A stretch of 64,000 nucleotides of DNA, from the NCBI GenBank assembly GCA_944392425.1, contig CALXWM010000002.1:3346-67345 (forward strand), written 5' to 3'. Origin of the DNA: an uncultured Clostridia bacterium (GTDB taxonomy: Bacteria > Bacillota > Clostridia > TANB77 > CAG-508). The notes under the pieces are model-generated. The model did no database searches. It was given only the letters and a program-made list of their open reading frames with translations, and had not been told where the DNA came from. Below are positions 18,301-26,543 of the stretch, in pieces. How positions within the stretch are numbered: position 1 is the first letter of the stretch; the number at the start of each line of letters is the position of its first letter. The translations under genes were made by a program, and so were the position numbers.

Positions 18301-21300
18301 GAAAAAACTTTATCACAGAAGATATCTCAAAATGACAAAGAATTTTTATTAGACAAAGCAAGAAAAACTTGGCAGTATTTCAAGGATAATATGGTAAATA
18401 ATTTGCCATCAGATAATTATCAGCCAGACAGAAAAATAAAAAGATCTGAAAATACATCTCCAACAAACATTGGCTTGGCTTTAATGTCTATGGTTTCTGC
18501 ACATGATTTGAAATTCGAAAGTTTAGAAGATACAATTTCAATGATTGAAAAAACTATAACGACTATTGAAAACTTACCAAAGTGGAATGGACATTTATAT
18601 AATTGGTACAACATTTACACATTAGAAGCGGTTAAGCCAGCATTAATTTCGTCAGTAGATAGCGGAAACTTGGTAGGGTATTTATATACTGTTAAGCAGT
18701 TTTTGATTGAGATAATAAATAAAAAGCAAAATAGCTCCTCTATAATTAGTGAAAAAGAAAACACACCAAATATTAATGAAAAAGAAAATGAAAAGATAGA
18801 AAATATTAACAAAAAAGAAATAAAATCTTTAATTAAGAAAATAGACACATTAATTTACCAAACAGATTTTAGTAAATTATATGATTACAAAATAGGACTA
18901 TTTTCAATAGGATATAACCTAGAAACAAACACTCTAATAAATTCATATTATGATTTACTTGCATCTGAAGCAAGACAAACCAGCATTATAGCAATTGCAA
19001 AAAGAGATGTGCCAAGTAAACATTGGAATAATTGTTCAAGGCTTTTAACAACTATGGGGCTATATAAAGGATTAATTTCATGGGGCGGAACAGCTTTTGA
19101 ATACCTAATGCCAACAGTAAATATACCATCATATGAAACCTCCTTGCTAGATGAATCTTGTAGATTTTCTATATTAAGCCAAAGAAAATATGCAAAAAAA
19201 CTAGGAATACCTTGGGGCATTTCAGAATCAGCATATAATACTAAAGATTTTAAAGGCAATTATCAGTATAAAACCTTTGGAGTACCATGGCTTGGATTAA
19301 AAAGAGATTTAGATGATGAAGTGGTAATAAGTCCTTATGCTACTGCTATAGCACTAACATTTTATCCAAATGAATCAATAGAAAATTTAAAAACAATAGA
19401 TAAAAATTTAGGTACAGGAAAATATGGATTTTATGAATCTATAGATTATAAGCCTAAAAAAGCAGTAAATAAAACATTTATGGCACATCATCAAGGCTTA
19501 ATTCTAACATCAATAAATAACTTGCTAAATGACAACATATTTCAAAAAAGATTTATGAAAAATGCAGAAATAGAAGGTGTAGAAATTTTGTTAGAAGAAA
19601 AAATGCCAAAAGACATGATTACAACTAAGGAGAGAAAAGAAAAAGTGGAAAAAATCAAATATAAAGATTATGAAGAATATACAGAAAGAACTTCTGGAAT
19701 AAATGTGCTCGCAAATGAAAAATATTCTATTGTAATGAAAGACGACGGAAGCAGTTATAACAAATTTGGAAATGATATTATAAGCAATAATATTCATATT
19801 TATATTAAAGATGTAAATTCTAAGAAGGTTTATGATACTGTATTTGATGCCAAAAATGATAACACCAATAAGCAAGCAGATCAAATAAACAATCCAAATT
19901 ATACAAATAATCAGGTCATATTTACAACATCAGAAGACAAAGTAATTATTCAAGATGGTAATTTAATGATAACAATGAAAGTCACAATTGCTCCAAATTT
20001 ACCAATAGAAATTAGAAAAATAAGTATTAAAAATACAGGAATGTCACCTTTAACACTAGAAGTAACAAGCTATATGGACATATTGCTTGCAGATTTTAAA
20101 GGATTTTATGCTCACCCAACTTTTAATAAAATGTTTATAGATTATGAGAAACTTGATGAGGGAATATTATTAACTAGAAGACGTAGAGAGGAAAAGAGAC
20201 AAAAAACTTTTATAGCAACAAATTTAGTTTATGATGAAGGTGATTTAGAATTTGAAATAGATAAAGAAAAATTTGTAGAAAGAGGAAATTTCGAGACAGA
20301 AAATAAAGCTTTAATTAGCAATTACGAAGATAAAATAAATAAAGATTTTAAAAATATGAATTCAAATATTCCTGAAACAATACAAAATTCAATTGGGCTA
20401 TCTAAAAAAATAGGTCAAACAATTAATCCTATTGTAGCAATGCGAAGACTTGTAAATATAAATCCTGATGAAGTAAAAGATGTATATCTAATAAACTCGG
20501 CGGGAGATAGCCGAGAAGAAGCGGTAAATAATTTACAAGAATATACTAAATCAGAAAGATTAAATACAATTTTTGATTTATCAAAAAATCACAGTTTTGC
20601 AGAGGCAAGATTTTTGGATGTTAAAGGAAAAGATATAGATATTTATCAAAAAATAATTAAAGAATTACTATTCCCAGACCATAAAGAATACGCTATTAGT
20701 TTAGACTTATCTAATGAAAAGCTATGGAAATATGGTATTTCAGGAGATAGTCCAATATTATTAGTCAAAGTAAGAGATAATAATGATACCTATTTATTAA
20801 ATGAAATATCAAAAGTAAAAGAATATTTAGATATGAAAAATATTGTAGCAGATATTGTTGTTTTGTCCAAAAATGAAATTACAAGTAAATTCAAAACATT
20901 AATTAACATTCCAACTGAAGACAAAAGAGTGTTAGAAGCAAGAGCAAATTTAATACTAGACTCAAAGTTAGGCTCTATATCTATTCAAATGAAAAATAAA
21001 AATAGTAATGATACTAAAAATATTGGAGCAAAATATTCAAGTAATTTAATGGAGAAAAATAATGAACAATTAAAACCAAAATCTAAAAAAGACTTTAAAG
21101 GACTAATATTAAAACATGAAGACTCAGAAAAAAATGTCGAATTTGATACAAGTAAATTATTATATTTTAATGGATATGGAGGATTTTCACAAGATGGTAA
21201 TGAGTATCACATAATAGTAAACAAAAATAAAAAAACACCTGCTGTATGGTGCAATATAATGGCAAATGATAAGTTTGGAACAGTAGTTACAGAAGGTTTG

Positions 21301-23628
21301 GGTGGTTACACTTGGTACAAAAATTGCAAAATGAATAGAATAACAGAGTTTTCAAATGATGCTTATTTAGACAAACCATCAGAAGTAATTATAATGCAGG
21401 AAATGAATGAAAAAGATGGAGAAGTAGTTAGCTCAAATCAAATATCTATGGACGATAAAAAGCATGCAAGCCAGATAATAAATAATTCTTTTGGAATTAG
21501 CCCAAATGTTTTGCCTGACACAGGAAACTACCACATAACTTATGGGTTTGGATATTCAAAATACCAACACATATATAAAGATATAGAAGAAGAACTAACT
21601 GTATTTGTTCCAATTAAAGATAGTTTAAAAATTAGCAAATTAAGCTTGAAGAACACAAGTTTAAATAAGAAAAAAATAAAAATATTTTATGATGTAGATT
21701 TTGTGCTTGGAGAAAGAAAAGATAAATTTATAAATTATTTGTATAAAGAAAATTATAATTTGTTATTTGTAAAAAACAATGTAAATCCAAAAACTTACGC
21801 ATATATAACAAGTAATGAAAAAATAATATATAACGGCAATTTAGTAGAAATAAATGTTGAAATAGACTCTTTAGAAACTAAAGAAGTAACAATAATATTA
21901 GGCACAGAAGAAACAGAAACTGCTTGTATGGAAAATGCAAGTAAATATTTACAAAAAGATAGCAAAGCTTTAGAAGAAGTAAAAAAATATTGGATGGATA
22001 AAGTCAAAATTGTGGAAGCAAAAACGCCATCAAAATCGTTTAACATTATGCAAAATGGTTGGACAATATATCAAACTATGGCATCAAGAAAGCTTGCAAA
22101 AACAGGATTTTATCAATCAGGTGGAGCAATTGGATATAGAGATCAATTGCAAGATGCAATGAACTTGAAATATATAGATAGTGATATATTAAAAAATCAA
22201 ATATTATTGCATGCAAAACATCAATTTAAAGAAGGAGATGTACTTCATTGGTGGCATAACTTTAATAATTTAGGAATTAGAGCAAGATATAGTGATGACC
22301 TTTTGTGGTTACCATATGCAGTCGTCACATATATAGATTTTACTGGAGATTTTAGAATACTAAATGAAGAAACAGAGTATTTAGAGGGAAGAACGCTGAA
22401 AGAAAATGAGCATGATTTTATGTTTAATTTTAAAAATGGAAAGGAAAAAGAAAGCATATACCATCATTGCATGAGAGCCATAAATAGATCTTTAAATTTT
22501 GAATATTTCCCAAAAATTCAAGGTGGTGACTGGAATGATGGTATGAACAAAGTAGGAATAAAAGGAAAAGGAGAAAGCATTTGGTTAGGTTTTTTCTTAT
22601 ACTCCATTTTAATAAAATTTGCTGAATACTCAAAATATATAACAAGATATGCAAATAAAGAAACAACTATAGCAATGCTTGCAGAAAAGAAAAATGTGGA
22701 TGTGAAAAATATAGATACAGACGAAAAATCTGATGAATATGAAAGACTAATGGAAATTGCAGAAAAATTAAGAAAGAATCTAAATACAGTAGGTTGGGAT
22801 GGCAGATGGTATAAAAGAGCAACCACAGATGATGAAAAAGTTCTTGGAAGTGCGGTAAATAAGGAATGTAAGATAGATAGCTTATCTCAAAGTTGGTCTG
22901 TTATATCAAATGCAGGAGATAATGATAAAAAATATATAGCAATGGAAAATATGGAAAAATATTTAATAGATAAAGAAAACAATATAGTAAAATTACTAAC
23001 ACCGCCTTTTGAAAACGAAGAATTTAAACCAGGATATATTGCATCATATGCACCAGGAATGAGAGAAAATGGTGGACAATATACACATGCAGCTATATGG
23101 GGTGCAATTGCAGAAACGATTTTGAATAAACCAGAAGAAGCAATGGAAATATATAAAATGATAAATCCAATAGAGCATAGCAAAACAGAAGAACAAATGG
23201 TTAAATATAAAGTTGAACCATATGTTGTTGAAGCGGATATATATGGTGAAAATGAATTTGCAGGCAGAGGTGGCTGGACATGGTATACAGGTTCTAGTGG
23301 ATGGCTATTTACACTTCAAACTGAATATATATTAGGTTTAAAGATTTATCATGGAGAATTAAAAATAAAGCCGTGTGTTCCTAAAGATTGGAATGAATTT
23401 GAAGTTAATCTTAAATGGAAAAATGCAAATTATCATATAAAGTATGAGAGAAAGAATTCAGGCATAAACAATAAAGATGAAAAACAAGAAAAAAATAATA
23501 ATCTTGATGAAAACAAACAAATATTAGATTTAAATAATGATAATGTTCAAATGTATTTAAATGGGGAAAAAGTAGATGAAATAAAACTAAAAGATGAAGG
23601 AGAGTTTGAGGTAAAGGTGGAATTTTAG
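15361..23628 (+). CDS. Cyclic beta-1,2-glucan synthase-like giant protein (GT84 glycosyltransferase + TM regions + alpha-barrel cyclisation-like domain + GH94 phosphorylase-like domain)
   Basis: GT motifs ITIDSDT, GKGIYDV, LSHDLLEG and HRWIRGD. The region SPTNIGLAL...WNGHLYNWY. C-terminal GH94-like GGDWNDGMN, ENGGQYTHAA and GWTWYTGSSGW. ATG 15361 is preferred over GTG 15349 (RBS GGGGAG 11 nt upstream). Confidence 0.85.
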   Translation: MYKILNTKEIVLDKKLLKEYLAKFAADSIIKEKSNLDTYPIPRVLDNFEYISLIYTLLNQHVKLGIPIHPAGEWLLDNFYLIENTVKILQKSLSKNKYEKFPRIANGVDAGFARIFVLCNEIVMNTDGRIDEREITEYIQSYQTQKNLYMNEIWNIGIFLQIAIIEKIRGICEKIFISQMQKFKVENIVQRILENKDVKKLKLDVDLYSFIEYMAYRLKTYGKEAAPFLAILEEQVQRNGMTLSDVTNKEHFDIALKRVSMQNSILSIKAISRMDILSIFENTSIVEKMLSTDEEYKKMDYQSKANYRNAIEEISKKTKLSEVYITQKCLELCGLKTDDTEKISNIDESKIKQIKNTVKNQKQSHVGYYLVAEGKSQLLSKLLNKKVKTISDSTKSKLYVAGVYILTIAITILLCTRSWLMGILCFIPIQNVVTKFLQYVLSKIVKPKVLPKLDFQDEGIPKEYATMCVIPALLKEDKDVTEFMHKLEVYYLANKTDNLYFTLLGDCTSEKSERKSTDEKIAETGKKCVEKLNSKYGNVFNFIYRKREWSSSERCFMGWERKRGILTQLNEYLITGNNPFWINTCKDLPKIKYVITIDSDTSLSLNQAEKLVGTIAHVLNKPEINKITNTVVSGHALIQPRIGVGIKDERKTVFSRLFAGSGGTDLYANAISDVYQDNFDEGIYTGKGIYDVEVFYDVLKDTIPENSVLSHDLLEGSYLRCGLASDVLLMDGYPSNYISYRKRKHRWIRGDVQILPWLNSTLNTLSKYKILDNLARDLEDFFELLLIIICFVLAWLNKANSGLFLTLAIIFLAFSSILELLDIFMNYKTEEQKLISKEFTKIQGSIYRFFIKLSILPDMAYLEINAFVKSIYRMKISHNFMLEWTTSNDAEKNSQKSVKGYYLSMLPNVILGILLAVLAGGYLILNFGTYFSNNEIADGLRLNAALLGQGLELGFSIIFLSLGIIWLITPLIMYKLSIKNEKTLSQKISQNDKEFLLDKARKTWQYFKDNMVNNLPSDNYQPDRKIKRSENTSPTNIGLALMSMVSAHDLKFESLEDTISMIEKTITTIENLPKWNGHLYNWYNIYTLEAVKPALISSVDSGNLVGYLYTVKQFLIEIINKKQNSSSIISEKENTPNINEKENEKIENINKKEIKSLIKKIDTLIYQTDFSKLYDYKIGLFSIGYNLETNTLINSYYDLLASEARQTSIIAIAKRDVPSKHWNNCSRLLTTMGLYKGLISWGGTAFEYLMPTVNIPSYETSLLDESCRFSILSQRKYAKKLGIPWGISESAYNTKDFKGNYQYKTFGVPWLGLKRDLDDEVVISPYATAIALTFYPNESIENLKTIDKNLGTGKYGFYESIDYKPKKAVNKTFMAHHQGLILTSINNLLNDNIFQKRFMKNAEIEGVEILLEEKMPKDMITTKERKEKVEKIKYKDYEEYTERTSGINVLANEKYSIVMKDDGSSYNKFGNDIISNNIHIYIKDVNSKKVYDTVFDAKNDNTNKQADQINNPNYTNNQVIFTTSEDKVIIQDGNLMITMKVTIAPNLPIEIRKISIKNTGMSPLTLEVTSYMDILLADFKGFYAHPTFNKMFIDYEKLDEGILLTRRRREEKRQKTFIATNLVYDEGDLEFEIDKEKFVERGNFETENKALISNYEDKINKDFKNMNSNIPETIQNSIGLSKKIGQTINPIVAMRRLVNINPDEVKDVYLINSAGDSREEAVNNLQEYTKSERLNTIFDLSKNHSFAEARFLDVKGKDIDIYQKIIKELLFPDHKEYAISLDLSNEKLWKYGISGDSPILLVKVRDNNDTYLLNEISKVKEYLDMKNIVADIVVLSKNEITSKFKTLINIPTEDKRVLEARANLILDSKLGSISIQMKNKNSNDTKNIGAKYSSNLMEKNNEQLKPKSKKDFKGLILKHEDSEKNVEFDTSKLLYFNGYGGFSQDGNEYHIIVNKNKKTPAVWCNIMANDKFGTVVTEGLGGYTWYKNCKMNRITEFSNDAYLDKPSEVIIMQEMNEKDGEVVSSNQISMDDKKHASQIINNSFGISPNVLPDTGNYHITYGFGYSKYQHIYKDIEEELTVFVPIKDSLKISKLSLKNTSLNKKKIKIFYDVDFVLGERKDKFINYLYKENYNLLFVKNNVNPKTYAYITSNEKIIYNGNLVEINVEIDSLETKEVTIILGTEETETACMENASKYLQKDSKALEEVKKYWMDKVKIVEAKTPSKSFNIMQNGWTIYQTMASRKLAKTGFYQSGGAIGYRDQLQDAMNLKYIDSDILKNQILLHAKHQFKEGDVLHWWHNFNNLGIRARYSDDLLWLPYAVVTYIDFTGDFRILNEETEYLEGRTLKENEHDFMFNFKNGKEKESIYHHCMRAINRSLNFEYFPKIQGGDWNDGMNKVGIKGKGESIWLGFFLYSILIKFAEYSKYITRYANKETTIAMLAEKKNVDVKNIDTDEKSDEYERLMEIAEKLRKNLNTVGWDGRWYKRATTDDEKVLGSAVNKECKIDSLSQSWSVISNAGDNDKKYIAMENMEKYLIDKENNIVKLLTPPFENEEFKPGYIASYAPGMRENGGQYTHAAIWGAIAETILNKPEEAMEIYKMINPIEHSKTEEQMVKYKVEPYVVEADIYGENEFAGRGGWTWYTGSSGWLFTLQTEYILGLKIYHGELKIKPCVPKDWNEFEVNLKWKNANYHIKYERKNSGINNKDEKQEKNNNLDENKQILDLNNDNVQMYLNGEKVDEIKLKDEGEFEVKVEF

Positions 23629-23629
23629 T

Positions 23630-23668
23630 ATGTCAATTGGGACGTGTCAATGGGGCGTCCCCATTGAC
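23630..23668. repeat. TGTCAAT-GGGG/CCCC-ATTGACA hairpin (plus an adjacent half-site) directly after the cgs-like stop
   Basis: Perfect 11-bp stem TGTCAATGGGG/CCCCATTGACA with a 3-nt loop at 23644-23668, preceded by TGTCAATTGGGACG. Confidence 0.7.
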
Positions 23669-23800
23669 ACAATTGAAAGGTAATTTTAAAAAAATATTTC
23701 AACTAGCGATTGACAAATATAAAAATTAAATGTATAAAATTATTATAGGAAAAAGAAAGGTAGATAGCAAATATGAAAATCGCTGAAAGCCTTGAGGCTG

Positions 23801-23820
23801 TATATATATATATATATATA
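23801..23820. repeat. (TA)10 microsatellite
   Basis: Read directly: tatatatatatatatatata. Confidence 0.9.
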
Positions 23821-24018
23821 TCGTAGGATTTAATAGAATAAATTTATGTGAACATAGAAGAAAAACTATGCTTTTTAGATGTATGAAAAATGTCTAATTA
23901 GGCATAGTTTTTTTGTGCTTTGTGTCAATTAGGAGCGTCTCTATTGATTGACAAGTTCTAAAAAAATCAATAACAAAAATGAAAAGCTTAAGACAAAATG
24001 AAGGGAGAAGTATAGTAT

Positions 24019-25059
24019 ATGAAAAAACTAAGTAAAAAGCAAAAGATAATAGGCTTTATAGCCATACTGCTAGTTGCAGTAATAATAGCCATAATAATAG
24101 CCACAAACATAATAAAAAACAACAATCAAGTTGCAAGTGAAAGTTATTCAGCCACAACAGCAAATGCAGGATCAAGCTTAGTTGCAAGTTATATTAAAAA
24201 AGGAATAACAATAGGAGGAATTACTGGAACTTTAGAAGTATTAGATACTTCAGATGCCACAGCAACCCCAGAAGATATAGCAATGGGAAAAACAGCATAT
24301 GTAAAAGGAGAAAAAATAGTAGGAACAAGAATGAATTTAGATGAAGACTTACAAATAAGTGCAAAAAATGTATAGTATGCAGATTTAGATAGTAGCGGAG
24401 AAATAACAGTAGACGGAGTAATATTTGCTGATTTAGCAGGAGAAGAAGAAAGAGGAGAATGGGGTAGTAATGGCTGGGGAGTTTATACAATCCCAGCAGG
24501 AACAGGACTTAAACAATATTATGTAAAGGGAGAGTATACAGACTCATACTTTGGAACGGGAAAAGTAATAGCGCCAATGGAAGGGACAAGTGGAAACGAT
24601 AGATTTTATGTAATGGCACTAGAAGATATAAATGAGAGAAAAACTTTTTGTTGGTATTATGCAGCATTAGGGAAATTGGATAAAACTGTCGGTGGTTCTG
24701 AAAATGATTTTGGAGAGGGAAGAGGAAACACAGAATATGTAAATCTAAAATGGAATGACCCAAATCTTCCATGGGGGGCACATAGTAATAATCCTAATGT
24801 AGATGATATTTGGGAAGAAATACAGGAAGAAATAGCTGATGGATGGTTTATTCCATCAAAATCAGAATGGTCAGCTTTTAGAGAAGCATTTGATATTACA
24901 GAAAGTAATTATTTTGGCACATTTGGGCTTAAAGATAACTACTGGTCTTCTTCACAGAGCGATACTAGTTATGCTTACCACGTTGACTTTATTAATTGTA
25001 GTATCGGCCGATACAGTGTGTACAACGTTCGCTACGTTCGCCTAGCCACGACTTTCTAA
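24019..25059 (+). pseudogene. Membrane-anchored DUF1566-like (Lcl C-terminal-type) surface protein gene interrupted by an in-frame TAG
   Basis: Both the 118-aa and the 160-aa ORFs are in frame 1. TAG at 24373-24375 is followed by 67 stop-free codons before the first ATG. N-terminal TM anchor. C-terminal GWFIPSKSEW...NYWSSS...RYVRL pattern. Confidence 0.55.
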
Positions 25060-25116
25060 AAATATTTTATTTCAAGCTTTTGTCAATAGGGACGGTTCTA
25101 TTTGACAATATTGACA

Positions 25117-25151
25117 TAAAAACCTGGCACAGGAAACCCTGTGCCAGGTTT
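25117..25151. terminator. Bidirectional hairpin terminator
   Basis: 13-bp stem AACCTGGCACAGG / CCTGTGCCAGGTT with loop AAAC. Confidence 0.7.
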
Positions 25152-25155
25152 GCGG

Positions 25156-25449
25156 TTAATTTTTAAGTGCTACATCAACCATGGTAGCTATAGAGATGGC
25201 TACGCATGTACCCAAAACAATGATGAAGATTTGGTTTATATTTGTTGGACCAAACATTGTATCAAAGAATAAAGTGAAATTTGCTATGGCCAAACTCCCA
25301 TACCATATTATGCCAAGACCTGTTATGACCAACTTCCGTTTCTTGCATTCCCTCTTTCTCAATTCTACTATGAAGTTATAACATGAATCCGAGCAAAATA
25401 TTATGAAGGCGATGCAACAAACTAACCACAATACAATTTCCTTAGTCAT
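25156..25449 (-). CDS. Small integral membrane protein (97 aa, about 3 TM segments)
   Basis: ORF with RBS GGAGG on the minus strand (plus-strand cctcc at about 25458) and hydrophobic segments. Confidence 0.5.
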   Translation of the reverse strand: MTKEIVLWLVCCIAFIIFCSDSCYNFIVELRKRECKKRKLVITGLGIIWYGSLAIANFTLFFDTMFGPTNINQIFIIVLGTCVAISIATMVDVALKN

Positions 25450-25700
25450 ACAAAAACCTCCTGACTGAAATTGCTTAAAATAAAAATCGGATTACCTTTT
25501 ATTATATCATAAAATCATATTTATGTCAAATTAAAAAAATTTTACTTTTTGATTGATAAATTCCCATATTTGTGATATAAATATAACTATGAGAAAATTG
25601 GCTTAGTGTATGTCTTAAAATATACCTAATATAAACCAGTAAAAAACACTTAAAGCAATGAAACTAAAATTTGCTAGAAATATAGAAAGGTGGGACTTTT

Positions 25701-26447
25701 GTGCAAAATACCGTAACAAACACAAATACATACGATGATTCAAAAAAGAAAATTTTAATAGTAGATGATGAGCCATCAATTCAAGATTTATTAGTATTTA
25801 ACCTAGAAAAAGAAGGATATAAAACAATGACAGCAAGTGATGGAGAAGAAGGAATAACACTTGCACTTTCACAAAATCCTGATTTAATCTTACTAGATGT
25901 CATGCTTCCAAAAGCAGACGGGCTTACTGTTTGCAAAAGAATAAGACAAACAATGAGTAAAGTTCCTATAATTATGCTATCTGCAAAAGGAGAAGAAATA
26001 GACAAAATACTTGGATTGGAAATTGGTGCAGATGATTATATGACAAAGCCTTTTAGTATTAGAGAATTAATTGCTAGAGTTAAGGCAAATTTGCGCAAAA
26101 TGGATCAAAGTGATGATCTATCTCAAGCAGGTATTAGAAGCAATAAAGTAGTGGTTGGAGATTTAAAATTAGACTTAGATAAGTTCGAGGTAGAAGTTAG
26201 AGGACAAAAAGTCACTGACCTTACAAGGCGTGAATTTGAAGTATTAAGATATTTGGCACAAAAACCTGGACAAGTTGTTACTAGAGAAGACTTACTAGAA
26301 AAAGTATGGGGATATGAATATTACGGCGATATTAGAACTGTAGATGTAACAATTAGAAGAATAAGAGAAAAAATAGAAAAAAATACAGCAAACCCAAAAA
26401 TTCTTATAACAAAAAGAGGAGTAGGATATTACATAGAGTCAAAATAG
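25701..26447 (+). CDS. walR: OmpR-family response regulator, WalR(YycF)-like
   Basis: ILIVDDE, DLILLDVMLP, GLEIGADDYMTKPFSIRELIARVKANLRK and VWGYEYYGDIRTVDVTIRRIREKIE closely resemble my recollection of Bacillus WalR. GTG start after AAAGGTGGG. Confidence 0.75.
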   Translation: MQNTVTNTNTYDDSKKKILIVDDEPSIQDLLVFNLEKEGYKTMTASDGEEGITLALSQNPDLILLDVMLPKADGLTVCKRIRQTMSKVPIIMLSAKGEEIDKILGLEIGADDYMTKPFSIRELIARVKANLRKMDQSDDLSQAGIRSNKVVVGDLKLDLDKFEVEVRGQKVTDLTRREFEVLRYLAQKPGQVVTREDLLEKVWGYEYYGDIRTVDVTIRRIREKIEKNTANPKILITKRGVGYYIESK

Positions 26448-26543
26448 CTTGAACTTGTAAGTATAAATAATTTAGTTTTGCTAATGCTAAAGCATAAATG
26501 AAAACTTAATAAAAAATTAATCGGTATATTGGAGGCATAATTT

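Noticed and set aside
24373-24375. Possible stop-codon reassignment or pyrrolysine-type TAG read-through, prompted by three in-frame stops (TAA 2286, TAG 10625, TAG 24373).
   Set aside because: TAG ends walR, lepB, trmFO, comEC, the SNF2 gene and the NUDIX gene at their expected C-termini. TAA ends the ribosomal, EF and por genes. No pyl genes were seen. Pseudogenisation or sequencing error is the simpler explanation.
23630-25117. Possible CRISPR array, suggested by the recurring TGTCAAT...ATTGACA palindromes.
   Set aside because: The copies are irregularly spaced (hundreds of nt to kb) and differ in sequence. They are separated by genes, and no cas genes are present.
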